NCBI GenBank assembly: GCA_040285825.1
Contig: JAUPSS010000007.1
Coordinates: 1,388,501 to 1,452,500, forward strand
Length of the DNA: 64,000 nt
Source: Eukaryota sp. TZLM1-RC
Taxonomy: Eukaryota; Protista; Metamonada: BaSk clade
Direction: 5' to 3'
Under the pieces are notes generated by a model. That model did no database searches, was not told the origin of the DNA, and saw only the letters and a program-made list of their open reading frames with translations. Made by a program: the position numbers and the translations under genes. Below, in pieces: positions 25,350 through 37,845 of this stretch. Numbering within the stretch: position 1 is the stretch's first letter; each line of letters opens with the position of its first letter.

Positions 25350-26390
25350 CGTGTGCTCTTTTTGGTGGATGCAGAAAGGCAATATTTGAACTTTCTGAAA
25401 GATTTTCTTATTGGGAAGATTTATTGATGACAACGCAAAGTTCCTGTTTTTGCATTAAAAGTAGAAACTCAAAATTTGATGTAGAACAATGCAGTTAATA
25501 CATTCCCCAATATATGAATGCAACATTGGTAGCAATAGAGAAAATTTTTTCATCTATGAACCACCTTGGCATTTACTTCCACCCTTGTAGTTCTCCCCAC
25601 ACATCGAAAAGACCCATGTCTAATCTTTTTCACTGGAATAGATACGCAGAATTCTACACGTAAAGGAAGCTCCTGCAATGCATCGCGATTGGCTTTTTGA
25701 CACGAATGCCAATGTCTCTCTTTTTCTTAGTTAAAATAGCTCTCTATGGTGTCTTCTGGCATTGGGAGAGATTTGTACTACTTATCGAACGAAGGCGTAA
25801 CAGTCTTAGCGATTTTGAACTAGAAAAAATAGCTTTCAATAAAAGTTGATTTTACTTGGGAACAGAACTTCCGACACTTTTATTATAACTGACAATTGAC
25901 AATTATTGATTGGTACGAATTTTGGTTGATCAATTAATTGCCAATTTAATTGAACACATCCCTGGTTAAAACACAACAAAATACTGAATAAATCGATTTT
26001 TATTATCGCCAGGGCCTGATAATTTGCAACTGTTGAATTGAACTATATGACAAATTTTGCAATTGCTTCACAGCTGTTTCTTGTCTATACATATGTCTGA
26101 CCCTAGCCCACAGGCATCACAAGGCTAGATACTTTGCAACTGTCGAATTGAACTATATGAAGAAAAGTCAGCAATTGCTTCACAGCTGTTTCTTGAATCT
26201 TGTGGAATCATACTCAGTATATACCATAAGTCAACTCAACCAAATACCAAAAACTACAATCAATCTGGAGTCTGTTGATTTCTACAACTGCATATTATGA
26301 ATCAACTGCACTATCTACAGCTTCAGAAAAAGACTTAGTTTTGATTTGAACACAAGCTTTAGAAAGGGTGTTGCCATTGAGATAATAACA
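25350..26390 (+). repeat. Segmental duplicate of about 54390-55325 (CRE B remnant + unique DNA + partial LTR at 26085-26119)
   Basis: Shared blocks such as CATCTATGAACCACCTTG and ATGTCTGACCCTAGCCCACAGGCATCACAAGGCTAGATAC. Confidence 0.85.
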
Positions 26391-26399
26391 TTTTATGTA

Positions 26400-27490
26400 C
26401 TGTGTATGGTTTGTTCTTGTTGTTTTCATGTTCCAAAGTCCACGGTGAAGTTATTTTTGGCTCCACTGAATCAAATAATTTCAGTTGTTATCAAAATAGC
26501 TTAATTTGTTGTAGAGTTTTCGCTGTAATTGTTGTTACTCTTGATCATGGTTTGGCCTTGCATCAGAGTGGGTCTTGTTTTTTCTTTATGGGTATCTTGT
26601 TTTGGACTTAATAATGTTCACCTCTATCGCATTATGTACAAAATTCCAACGTTTTGATAAGCATTTGGAATAGGTTGCTATAGGAATTATTTTGTTCGGG
26701 GCAGTGTTTAGCAACTGGAGTTATGTATATTATTCAGAAATTTCGGTTGCGATGATTATTCAACTCGTGCCATTTGTTTACTCTTCTGTTTCTTCAGCTT
26801 TTATTGGATATGCGCTATTTCAAGTGGACAAAGACTCTGTACGTACTAAGTTTATCATAATTTATTCCCTTATCTGTACAATTGTAATCCTTCCAATTTT
26901 TTGGACCATGAATTCCTCTTTTGTGCCTCTTACGATCCCTCTTTTCATTTTCCAAATAGAATAGACTGGGTACAATTCAATATCTTAAATTAGTGGATTT
27001 ATTTTTATTGTTTTGTTTTGTAAATCATTATTACTTATTTCTTGCTCATCTTTTAGACAGCAGTGTGTCATTACAATACAATGGGCTGTTTTGGTGTTGT
27101 TTGGGGTAAGAAAGGAACCAATGCATGAGAAGTTTGTTGTTGTTGTCTTATTGTAGGTGTTTCCACTTTTGAGGCATGATTTGAATAAATTGCAGCACCG
27201 GTGCTTTGGCTGTGAAATGGGTTTTTCACATAATCGTCTGACAAACTTTAATGCTTATCCAAACTATGTGGTTAGACCCATTAAATAATTGAAATGTGTG
27301 ATTTGAAGGAATCAATGTCAAGTGTTGTGGTAGAGGATTATCTTTGAGATTAAGTTTGGCTGGACCACTTGCTGATTTTTCACCCATTTGACTAATGTTG
27401 ATATATCCCCTGAAATCAACTAGCTTCATGCCTGGGTATTGACAATTGCACCGAAAAAGCGTTTTTACATGTGTTTCCCTAATAATGATG
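26400..27490 (+). pseudogene. Duplicated 3' part of the RING-kinase-TM gene plus its downstream region (copy of about 11308-12400)
   Basis: YGLFLLFSCSKVH..NNFSCY and FGAVFSNWSYVYYSE..IFQIE with a frameshift and a TAG; the 3' flank is also shared. Confidence 0.88.
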
Positions 27491-27839
27491 ATAAGAATCA
27501 ATATTTTCTCTACCATCGTTGTTATGATTGATGGAAAAAACCTGTATCGTGCTTCAAAATGTGTAGAATATTTAAGCTGTTGTTTAAGTTGGAGTCGATT
27601 AAAGTGTTCGTCTCTTGACAAATTTAGAGTATATTCATCATAGCCGCTTTAAATACATCACAGACAATCCTCCACATTGATTTTGGATTATCGTGAAAAG
27701 TCTTTACTGCCGTATGATTAGATGTTATCAACGAAAAATCAAATGATATCAAATGGTTTTAACATGATTGGATTCCAAAGTCCTAAAGAAAGAAAAAAAT
27801 TTTGAACTATTTTTATTTAATCCAATAAGAAACAAACTA

Positions 27840-29855
27840 TAAGACAAGGTTAGAATTCTTTGTCTTCATAATACAAATAAAGCCAAGAAGAATTGATTGG
27901 AGGTGTTTCCTTCACAAACAGGTCCAAGATATAACAAAGCTGCACATAATAAGGGAACAACTGCTTTGAATATTGAAAATATAATTCTGTTTTGCCATAA
28001 ACTCTTGTCAAAAGTTCTTCCAGTACGTTGTTTCACAATTGAAACAAAATCATTCAGAAAAGAAAAAGGAAGAGGTCCAAGTGTGCCAAGAAGAGAAACT
28101 GCAGATGGACAGAGGACATAATGATTATGCGATTCTCCATTCAATAATAACAATTTTGCTTTGTATTTGTCAATTTTGAGTTTATCGGAAACAGTTAAGG
28201 GGTCCCTATATTTTGATTGAGCCGTTGGAATGAAAGAATTATTACATACATCAGTGGATCACACATCTGTAATAATGGTAGTTCACGACCTTCAAGCATT
28301 AAATCACCTCTATTTCGACCAAAATAATTCCAAGTATCTTCATCAACCAAACGGGAAAGTAATGGTTCTAAATAGGAAACAATTCTATGTGATTTTGACA
28401 TACAGTAGAGTTGATCTCTTACCGCATCCTGAACTTTTGATCGGAAACTAATAAATATTGGAAAGTAATAAAATGTTTAAAATTGAATAAATGATTTGGA
28501 GAAATTTTTGATCCAAATTTGCAAATCAAATTATGAGGCACGTTATCAGGCTAAATAAAATAACGAAGGCGCATTTTACAAGAATATTCGGTATCATTCA
28601 AAAGAAGACCATAAATTTGAGGAATTTGAGTAATCAAACACAAACAGGAACTGTTTTGGGCATTTTAACAAAAAATTTGCGAAACCAAGATTATCTATTT
28701 TGGGCGAGCCAAGACGAACATTAGATAACAAGCCTTTAAAAATAATTGTTAACTTTTGTTGCAATATTGAACACAAGAACTCAAATTAACTAGTGTTCTA
28801 GATAATATTCTCTGTACATTTTTGGGAAAAAATTTACTCCAAATTTCGGAGGCAAACAATCAAGAACATTTTGTAAGTCTCTGAGAAAATTATTGCTTGT
28901 AAAATTCAATAAACTCGGGAAACGGTTGCAAAATTCAAAAACAATATCTTGCCCACCACCAAGAAAAGCAGCCTGAAAGAGAATAGACGATTTAGTGAAA
29001 TTGATTCCACCAAAATTAGATGCTGAAAATACATGACTTCGAATTAGTTCAGCATTAACATCAATCAAAGATGCAAAAAAATTTGTTCTCAAATAGTGAA
29101 ATGAACGGCAAAATTCACGTGGAATAACAGGAGATGTTGTTCTTAAAATGTGAGTAATTTTACCGGAATAGCAAATTTTTAAGATAAAAAACTTAATATG
29201 TTTCTCAATTTCAAATGTCGAAATTGTGTCAAGACTAGAACCCAGTTTCATTAAAAAATTATTCAATTCTTCAGTAATCTTTGGAATCTTTCCAAGCCAG
29301 CATCTTAGAAAACGAAAATCATTTGAGTAACAGTTAAGAAAACCATTTTCCACACCATCAATGGTTAGTCTATCTTTCACATTTCTAATGAGAAGACATT
29401 CAGCACAAGACCAATATCTCTGCAAAACAGCGAGGCTTCAGAAGCAATATAATTTAAAAAAATTCAAAGGACCAATAATTGAGATATCATCCATGTATCC
29501 TATTATCTTCACCATCGGACAAAGATTACTGAAATGAATCAAAAAATTGAATTGAATTGCTTAACAAAAGAGTAATGTCACAATAGAATCACTTTGCTCA
29601 ACTTCAGAAGACACAAATAGCGTATGCAATTCATAAATTACTTCACTAGCTTTACCATAGAATAAATAGAAAAGCTTGGAAATTCTGAAAATTCTTTTCG
29701 ATAAACATCATATTCTCTACTTCGATGTACAGAATTGACAGCATTCTTAAATCTTAATTGAAAATATAATTCTCATTATTAGAAATCAACAATATCAGCA
29801 GTCACTGCGACAATTCATAGTCCATAAATAGCTTTAATTCCCATTTGAAACAGGC
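27840..29855 (-). mobile_element. Degenerate CRE family D copy including RT remnants
   Basis: FKNAVNSV, GYMDDISIIGP, IEKHIKFFILKICYSGKITHILRT, FGRNRGDL, LWQNRIIFSIFK. Confidence 0.88.
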
Positions 29856-29859
29856 TAGC

Positions 29860-30215
29860 AATTATGGTAATTTCATCATTATTTCCTAAAAACGAACCCA
29901 AATGAATGATATAATTTGGCTTGAATTTCAATTCCATCAACTACTGTAGAAACTGCAAAATTCGATAACAAAACACACTTAAGTAAATTAAGTCATAGAC
30001 CAATTCTTTAAAACTGACAGTTGTTGTTTAACTATATTAAAATCACCTATAAAATCAAGATCCATATAGGCGATCTATTCTAGCAAAGAAAACATCTCTT
30101 GAATTTGTTATAAAACAGGATAAGGGCCCAAACAAATCTAAGGTGCTCCTGAAAGATCCCCTTGCTTTACACCAGTTGATGAGGTCAAAATGGAATCACC
30201 AAAATATAAATTAGA
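29860..30215 (-). mobile_element. CRE family B RT fragment
   Basis: SSTGVKQGD and IAYMD remnants; contains the uninterrupted TTTTTAGGAAATAATGATGAAATT site that family A splits at 5909. Confidence 0.75.
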
Positions 30216-30535
30216 ATTTGCCCAAAATCAAGGTCAACAGAAACCGAAATGTCCAATCATCAGGTATCACCCTCATTGATCAACCACCTCGCAGTCAGAC
30301 CCGGAAAGTGGGAAAGGAAATACTACTCAAATGATGCACTTTCGGGTCCAATTTTGTGGAAGGGCCGCAGATAGGATTCGATCCCTGTTGCAGAGAACGA
30401 AGAGACTCATTGGAATACGATGTTGGCGGATGTTGTTGTTATTTTTTCTAGTTTGTGTTGAGTTTTTGGTGTTTGTTGGTGTGAGACAATTTCATTGTTG
30501 GTTTTGTGTTGAAACAAGTGATTGAAATGTGTGTA

Positions 30536-33500
30536 TTAAAGAAAAATTGTGAGAGAAGGACGATTAGATGCTATTTGGCGAAGTTTGGATTTGGTTGAAT
30601 TGCTGATGTTGTTGCCATAAAGATCCAATGTAGTCAGAGTAAAATTGCTCTCCAGAGCACGGGCGAGAGCACTAGCGCCTTCATCGGCAATGTTGTTGCC
30701 CCAAAGATTCAATTGAGCTAGACTAAAATTGCTCTCCAGAGCACGAGCGAGAGCACTAGCACCCTCATTGGCAATATTGTTTGCACGAACAACATTAATT
30801 CCCAGATCCAATTCAGTCAGAGTAAAATTGCTCTCCAGAGCACGGGCGAGAGCACTAGCGCCTTCATCGGCAATGTTGTTGCCCCAAAGATTCAATTGAG
30901 TTAGACTAAAATTGCTCTCCAGAGCACGGGCTAGAGCACTAGCGCCTTCATCGGTAATATTGTTTTCAGCAAGATCCAATGTAGTCAGAGTGGAATTGCT
31001 CTCCAGAGCACGAGCGAGAGCACTAGCGCCATCATTGGCAATGTTGTTCGATTGAAGATCCAATGTAGTCAGAGTGGAATTCCTCTCAAGAGCACGGGCG
31101 AGAGCACTAGCGCCTTCATTGGCAATGTTGTTCGATTGAAGATCCAATGTAGTCAGAGTGGAATTGCTCTCTAGAGCACGAGCGAGAGCACTAGCGCCAT
31201 CATTGGCAATGTTGTTCGATTGAAGATCCAATGTAGTCAGAGTGGAATTCCTCTCAAGAGCACGGGCGAGAGCACTAGCGCCATCATTGGCAATGTTGTT
31301 CGATTGAAGATCCAATGTAGTCAGAGTGGAATTGCTCCCCAGAGCACGGGCGAGAGCATTAGCACCATCATTGGCAATGTTGTTCGATTGAAGATCCAAT
31401 GTAGTCAGAGTGGAATTGCTCTCCAGAGCACGGGCGAGAGCACTAGCGCCATCATTGGCAATGTTGTTCGATTGAAGATCCAATGTAGTCAGAGTGGAAT
31501 TGCTCTCCAGAGCACGGGCGAGAGCACTAGCGCCATCATTGGCAATGTTGTTCGATTGAAGATCCAATGTAGTCAGAGTGGAATTCCTCTCCAGAGCACG
31601 GGCGAGTGCACTAGCGCCATCATTGGCAATGTTGTTCGATTGAAGATCCAATGTAGTCAGAGTGGAATTGCTCCCCAGAGCACGGGCAAGAGCACTAGCG
31701 CCATCATTGGCAATGTTGTTCGATTGAAGATCCAATGTAGTCAGAGTGGAATTCCTCTCCAGAGCACGGGCGAGAGCATTAGCACCATCATTGGCAATGT
31801 TGTTCGATTGAAGATCCAATGTAGTCAGAGTGGAATTCCTCTCCAGAGCACGGGCGAGAGCAAAAATGCTACAATAGGAATATTTAAAACACCAAGGAAA
31901 ACAAGATAATTCGACTAAATATTCGTTTTTGATTAGTTTAGTTGATTGAATTAGACCTTGATTATCAAGTTTTGTTGGAGATAGGGATGAACTCGACAGA
32001 TTGCGCAGAGGTCCAAGCAATTGAATAAACTTCAAAGAGGGAAAGTTTTGTTCAGTGATATTGGTATGAATTGCTTCATGAATTATCAATTCCTTAATGC
32101 TTGGTATTTCAATTTCAATATTGACAGGATCTCTCAACCAAACTTCCAATCTAGCAATGGAAAGAGGCAGTGGAATCTGTGCTTTTAAAACTCTTTCTGA
32201 AATAAAAGGACCACCAAATAACACCAGCTCTTTCAATGCTGTAAGATAGCTTAAATCAGTAACCTCAAAGTCATCTTTAAGCACCAACTTCACTAGTGAA
32301 GGGGGTAATTGTTCTATAATGAATGAACAATTAAGCTCCAGAAACTTGAGATTTGATAAATGTGTCAAGTTTAAGGATAGCCTTCTATTATGTCTTGACT
32401 TTGCACCAAGCTTAACAACCTCAACAGCTGGGAAAAATGACAAGAACTGTGGATCAAATTCATCTGTATCATAGTAAATATCAAGTGTTTTAAGTCTAGT
32501 ATTAGTAACACTGTAATCATTGAAAGCAAATGATAATTGCAATTGTAAATCCCAAACATAATCATTGAGATTTAAATGTTGTGGATTTTTCAAAAAATCA
32601 AAACCATTAATCACTTCTTTAGAAAATTTAGCCACTTTCTTGCTTATTGAACATTTGGTATAGTATCTGGCTTTTGTATAAGGATGATTACCAAACAATT
32701 TTTTCAAATATTGTAAATATTCAAAGTAAATTAATTTGATTAGACCACTAAACATGCTGTCCAAAGGTTGATTTGGATGATGAAAAGTTCCAAGTATTTC
32801 AGAGCCAAATACTTTGACAGGTTGAAGTCGATCAATCAAATCACCTGTACCTAATTGACCTTTATCGTTCCTTCCCCAGGCCCAAACAGTGTTTTTGTTG
32901 TAGGCAAAAAGGAAGTCATGTCCTAAGGAAACACATTCTATATTGGTGAAAACTTCTATGCATATTGGTGATTCAATATCTACAGAAATATTTTTAAATC
33001 TGCTCAACCTACCCCAAACAAAAACTTTACCATTAGAGTCAATGGCAGCATAAATATCATCATTGCCATTAATAGAGACAATATTACTCAATCCTAAAAC
33101 TTTTCTGGGTTTGTTATCGAAAGAATCATCATCTTCCTTGTCAAACCTCCAAACATCACCATTAGAGTCAATGACCAACAAAAAATTGTAATCAAACAAA
33201 AAAGAACTCAATGATAGTTTGGTTGGCAAAATGTACTTGCCAACTGGAATCTCGACAAATGAAATATACTGAGTACAATCAGAACCATCATTTGTAAGAA
33301 AGAAGAAGTGGGCATCTGAGTCAACTGCTACGATTGAGTCCAGATAGGCAGAAATAAAAACAATTTTATGCATGTTGATCCCTTGCATTGGCTTAAAAGT
33401 ACCATTACCAAATTGAATCAATTTTCCTTCTACAGTCAATCCAAATGATTTTGAGCTATTTTTGCTACTGCAAATTTCCTTGAAAAAATAAGGGCTGTTG

Positions 33501-34225
33501 ATAAGAGTAATTTCTGATAATAAATTGACTGCATGATTACTCCAACAATACAACAAGTCATCAGAAGAAAGGGCAAAGCAATGGTCCAAGTCAGCAGAAA
33601 TAGAAATTATATTGTTGATTGGAAGTTTGACTGGTTGTTTGACTATTGTGGGTCTATCAGGAAGAACTTGATCATCACCACACATCCCCCAAGCATAAAC
33701 TTCAGCAGAATAGGTGAGAAGCACTGAGCCAAAATCACTACATGAAATGGACTTAACCCCAACATGTCTATCCGATCGATCGGGGAAGTGTACTAGCTGT
33801 GGGTCACATGCAGAGGGGTGATTTAATGTGGGATCTGAGGAGGGATGTTGTAGAGGACATCCATTATGTGCATTTGAGTCGGGTTTTTGGTCGGGTTGCG
33901 GATCGGAAAAATGGGGAGCAGAGGTGGAATGCGGAGAACTACAGGGTAAGTCTGAAGGTAGACAGTGATCAACAGAGCAATGAGAGGGAGATCGTAATTC
34001 TTCATCAATAGTGGAGGAGAGTATCGTGGTAGTTGGGATCGATTGATGGGAAACATCGGAAGCAGCTTGTGAGAAGCAATTGTGGCGTCCCACTGGTTGA
34101 AATGCAACCAGGGCTTCAAGCTCGTGATTGAGAGGAGGGTCAGGACAACCTCGATTATTACTCTCCTTTCCATAACAAGAAATAATAGCGCCATCACCAG
34201 GCAAGCTATCTTGGTTTTGACGCAT
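30536..34225 (-). CDS. RCC1-like repeats + degenerate LRR region + C-terminal RI/NLRC3-type LRR array (about 1230 aa)
   Basis: VYAWG, GKVFVWG and VWAWGRNDKGQLGTGD RCC1 motifs; LPPSLVKLVL-type LRRs; 15 x 28-aa repeats LTTLDLQSNNIANDGASALARALE. Start moved from the TTG at 34297 to the ATG at 34225. Confidence 0.88.
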   Translation of the reverse strand: MRQNQDSLPGDGAIISCYGKESNNRGCPDPPLNHELEALVAFQPVGRHNCFSQAASDVSHQSIPTTTILSSTIDEELRSPSHCSVDHCLPSDLPCSSPHSTSAPHFSDPQPDQKPDSNAHNGCPLQHPSSDPTLNHPSACDPQLVHFPDRSDRHVGVKSISCSDFGSVLLTYSAEVYAWGMCGDDQVLPDRPTIVKQPVKLPINNIISISADLDHCFALSSDDLLYCWSNHAVNLLSEITLINSPYFFKEICSSKNSSKSFGLTVEGKLIQFGNGTFKPMQGINMHKIVFISAYLDSIVAVDSDAHFFFLTNDGSDCTQYISFVEIPVGKYILPTKLSLSSFLFDYNFLLVIDSNGDVWRFDKEDDDSFDNKPRKVLGLSNIVSINGNDDIYAAIDSNGKVFVWGRLSRFKNISVDIESPICIEVFTNIECVSLGHDFLFAYNKNTVWAWGRNDKGQLGTGDLIDRLQPVKVFGSEILGTFHHPNQPLDSMFSGLIKLIYFEYLQYLKKLFGNHPYTKARYYTKCSISKKVAKFSKEVINGFDFLKNPQHLNLNDYVWDLQLQLSFAFNDYSVTNTRLKTLDIYYDTDEFDPQFLSFFPAVEVVKLGAKSRHNRRLSLNLTHLSNLKFLELNCSFIIEQLPPSLVKLVLKDDFEVTDLSYLTALKELVLFGGPFISERVLKAQIPLPLSIARLEVWLRDPVNIEIEIPSIKELIIHEAIHTNITEQNFPSLKFIQLLGPLRNLSSSSLSPTKLDNQGLIQSTKLIKNEYLVELSCFPWCFKYSYCSIFALARALERNSTLTTLDLQSNNIANDGANALARALERNSTLTTLDLQSNNIANDGASALARALGSNSTLTTLDLQSNNIANDGASALARALERNSTLTTLDLQSNNIANDGASALARALESNSTLTTLDLQSNNIANDGASALARALESNSTLTTLDLQSNNIANDGANALARALGSNSTLTTLDLQSNNIANDGASALARALERNSTLTTLDLQSNNIANDGASALARALESNSTLTTLDLQSNNIANEGASALARALERNSTLTTLDLQSNNIANDGASALARALESNSTLTTLDLAENNITDEGASALARALESNFSLTQLNLWGNNIADEGASALARALESNFTLTELDLGINVVRANNIANEGASALARALESNFSLAQLNLWGNNIADEGASALARALESNFTLTTLDLYGNNISNSTKSKLRQIASNRPSLTIFL
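30600..31862 (-). repeat. 15 tandem 84-bp LRR-coding repeats (10 near-identical)
   Basis: Visible 84-bp period (GATCCAATGTAGTCAGAGTGGAATT..). Confidence 0.95.
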
Positions 34226-34845
34226 TACAGAGAGATTGAGATGAAGATGAAATGTACGGAAAAAATTTGGCAGCATTTGTGTAAAATTGTGAAGCAAAAT
34301 GCTGTTGATTGTTTTCTCCCTGTCATCTGGAGTAAATGTTTTCCAGACAATGTGCAGGAAATACCATCTAGAACACTAGTTAACTTTAGGTATTGTGTTG
34401 AAAAATTGCAACAAAAGTTAACAATAATGTTTGAAGGTTTGGATTTGAATGTTCGTCTTGGCTCGGCCAAAAAAGCTAATCCCACTTTCGGAAATTTTTT
34501 GCCAGATGCCCAAAACAGTTCCTCTTCCTGTTTAATTACTCAGATTCCTCTAATTTATGGTGTTCTTTTAAATGATACCGATTTGATTTCTACAATACGC
34601 CTTCATTGTTTTATTTGGCCCGATAACGCGCCCCATAATTTGATTTGTAAATGTGAATCAAAAATTTCTCCATATCATTTACTCAATTGTAAACAATTTA
34701 TTACTTTCCTATCAAAAGTTCATGATGCGGTAAGAGACCAACTCTATTGCATATCGAAATCACATAGAATTGTTTCCTACTTAGAACACTACTTACTTTC
34801 CTGGTTGGTTGATGAAGATACTTTGAATTCGTTTGGTCGAAATAG

Positions 34846-37511
34846 TGTTGCCGTTGGGCAACACCGTTATGGTGTTGCCTAAAAATGGTGTTATATCCTC
34901 GTCAGCGACTTTCATCTGTCAAAAAGCTTTTGGAAGGTCCAAAGTGGCGATGTAGTTGGCTTGACTTAGAAATTCCAAAACATCCGAAATTAATGGTAAG
35001 TTAGACTCAACTGGAATAGTAAGAGCGTTAACACCATTTTTACCGCTGAAATAGCCTGTCAACCTTGTTTACCGTAAATCTCGAATAAATTGCTCGTTAA
35101 TGCCAAGTTGTCCAGACCTGTTAAGAAGGCGTTAGCTACGGTCGACATTGGGAGTGTAAATACCCCTCTTGAAAATTCGAGTTCTTCAATTCTGGCCGAT
35201 GGGTCGGATATGTATGTGCACATCCTTAAGATGTCTCCAAAATTTTCCATATAAATCGCGTATTCTCTTTCTGTGTCGGCGGATGTACTTACCTTTTGCC
35301 AGTTGAATTTAGGTTTAAAAAGAGCTAATTTTGCGTCATGTAATGATGTGAACTGGCTTCTCCTACACAGTAGTAATAATATTTCGGCATCTGTAGGTTC
35401 CATGCTCACGAGTTGTTGTTGTTTCCAGAAAGATATAATTCTGGCATGGATGCAACCTGAGATTCCCTGGGGATTCACTGTTGATAAGACTGATCTAAAA
35501 AGATCATAAGAGTGAACAGGTATTCCTATCTTTTTATGAAGCTTTGATCTATTCTGTATTATTTTGGTGTTTCCATATTAATCAATTTGGACTGTAAATC
35601 GTCTATTTGTTGCTGAATGTGAGTTGAGTCTCCACTCTGTACTGAGATCAACTGAGCTAAACTGTTTATCATCTCCGTTATTTGTTCTTGTTGTTGAGGG
35701 GTGCTGGATTGTGGGATCTGTATTTGATCGACGTTTTGAGCTCCGTCTCTACCAGTTGTGTCCCAGAGGGCGAATTCCATGAGGAAATGTACTATTTTCA
35801 TCTGAGTTTCAGGGAATTCGAGTCTAGGGGGCTCGTGTATGGTTGCATGTTCTATGGCCTTAGTTCTGTAATGATAACCAACATGGGATTGTAAGTTTTG
35901 ATTTAATATGAGGCGTGGATCGAGTGGGTTTTGACTGTGTTGTTGTTGAGATCCAGTTGCCTGTAGATCTTGTAAACTAAGACCTTGTCCCGTTGTGTGT
36001 GTGGTGTCAACCGAGTATTGTGGAACTCCTTCCATCGGTTGTTAAGAATCACCAGGTTGGATTGTGAGGACGTCTAACCCTATTGGTCCTGTGTTTGGTT
36101 GGGGTAAGGTGTCTACATGCAGCTCCTGAACTGATTTCGATCCATCTTGGAAATTTAGTTGAATTGAGGGCCGGAAAGGCCTGATGCTCTTGAAGGGTGT
36201 ATTCTCTAAACCAATGATGGGGGTGAAGGTGAAAACCTTGTTCTGTAGCCATGAATCGCCTGTTTGGAGGTTCTTGTTATTAGGAGGAGACCTGTATGTA
36301 GAAATGACTGCTGTCGTCATGTTTATATCATCACGTCTATAAGTGACCCCTAATTCTTCATATATGAGCCTGAAAGGTTGTGAGGCTGGTCTCATTTCAA
36401 CGTAATTTGGTCTATGTGAGACTGGGTAGTATTCATGAACCTCTTTAACTACCGTATAGTCCTCTCCGGGGGCACTAAGCTCTTCGTAAATTTTGTCTAT
36501 ACCAACTCTGAACCAGTCAGGTAGGAGGCGGACGTTCTCGGGGCTATCTAGTTTCCCAGAGAAGTCGGTACCAACTTCCATTACCTCTAACCACCGAATT
36601 CTGAATCCTTTGTTATCGAGGGTGGCGTTATTCCCCAAAAAATCGTCACGTTCTGTGCGAGGTTTTGCCATTATATTTTTGTATTCTGTGTCGAGAGGCG
36701 AGAGTCTCATTCTTCGCTCTGCGGGCCGTGTGCTCAACTCATGGCTTTCTTTGTCTAAAAGGCCAATTGCCTCCTTCAACACTGAGGGTTGTATGGGGAT
36801 TTCCAGTGCTCCCGAAGTCGTCTCATTGAGGGTTTGTACGACGACAGTGTTTTCACACTGCGAATACATTGATTCGTCCAGGGACTCTATGAAGTCCGTT
36901 GGTTCCTTCTTTTCCATTTCTTCCTTACTCATAGTGAGTGCCAAGAGTAACTCTTGTATTTCTTGGGAGGGAGCTGGAGGTAGGTCGAAATTGACCTTTG
37001 GTGTCGTCGCGAGGGCGTTATTCGCCGACGAGTGGACATATTGGGCGCCTTGCGCCGTAACTTTACCTCGCTGATTTAAATGGACGTTTTGCGCCGAAAT
37101 TTGATTTTTGGTGGGGCTTAAACCCGAACCTGAAGCAGTGGAGGTGTCTAGCCTCGAATCTATTTGTTGGGGGGGAGTGGGGTGCATTACACCCGTACCC
37201 GTAACCTGAGGAGGAGTAAGGCCTTTTTCGCCCGAACTCGAATCCTTTTCTGGAGTTGCCATTGAACTCGAAGAAGATTTGTTGTTGAGAGGAGGGTTAG
37301 AAGGGTCTCCTCTGACAGATGTCTGACATACCCCAGACATCTTTTGGGTGTCTACAGCGCTGTTGCTGTTTGCTGTTAATGGTGCCTGATACGCACAATA
37401 ATTAATGTTGCCGTTGGGCATTATGCTAGCTGGATGTAAAGAGAGTTAAGATAAAGTTAATTTTATTAAATGTCATTCTATATAAAGGTACTCACTAGTG
37501 AGATACCTACA
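34846..37511 (-). mobile_element. Internally deleted, gag-only Ty3/Gypsy element; 106-bp 5' LTR (37406-37511), only 15 bp of the 3' LTR, 4-bp TSD ATAG
   Basis: TG..CA ends; ATAG at 34842-34845 and 37512-37515; TGTTGCCGTTGGGCA at 34846 and 37406. IPVHSYDLFRS and LCRRSQFTSLHDA align with KPIHEWDLFRS and ILRRTQFTRLDQA in ORF 60752-62467. Confidence 0.85.
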
Positions 37512-37845
37512 ATAGAGGTGAATTAGTGCTTGAAGGTCTTGAAGGTTCGATCCACTGATGTATGTAATGATTCTTTTATTCCAATGGCTCAATCAAAATA
37601 TAGGGACCCCATAATTGTTTCCGAATAGACAAAAATTGACAAATACAACGCTAAATTGTTATCCTTGAATGCAGAATCGCATACTCATTATGTCCTCTGT
37701 CCATTTGCAGTTTCCCTTCTGGCATGCTTGGACCTCTCGCTTTGTCTTTTCTGAATGATTTTGTTGAAATTGTGAAACAACGTACTTCAAGAGTTTTTGA
37801 TAAGAGTTTTTGGCAAAACTGAATTGTATTTTCAATTTTCAGCAG

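Noticed and set aside
30240-30440. Possible snRNA (hairpin GACCCGGAAAGTG/CACTTTCGGGTC, Sm-like AATTTTGTGG)
   Set aside because: No U1 ACTTACCTG, U5 loop or U6 ACAGAGA-AGC context; only two modest stems, and the minus strand looks like a decayed coding fragment.
30600-31862. CRISPR-like regular array
   Set aside because: Units are contiguous 84-bp coding LRR repeats with no unique spacers.
31220-31909. 229-aa repetitive + strand ORF
   Set aside because: Antisense shadow of the LRR array; stop-free only because one stop-free unit repeats.
34082-34882. 266-aa + strand ORF as a host gene
   Set aside because: Chimera of antisense RCC1 gene sequence, a CRE D fragment and the LTR end.
36030-36044. 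TMV-like readthrough signal TAA-CAA-CCG
   Set aside because: Does not fit CARYYA and is not shared by the related element.
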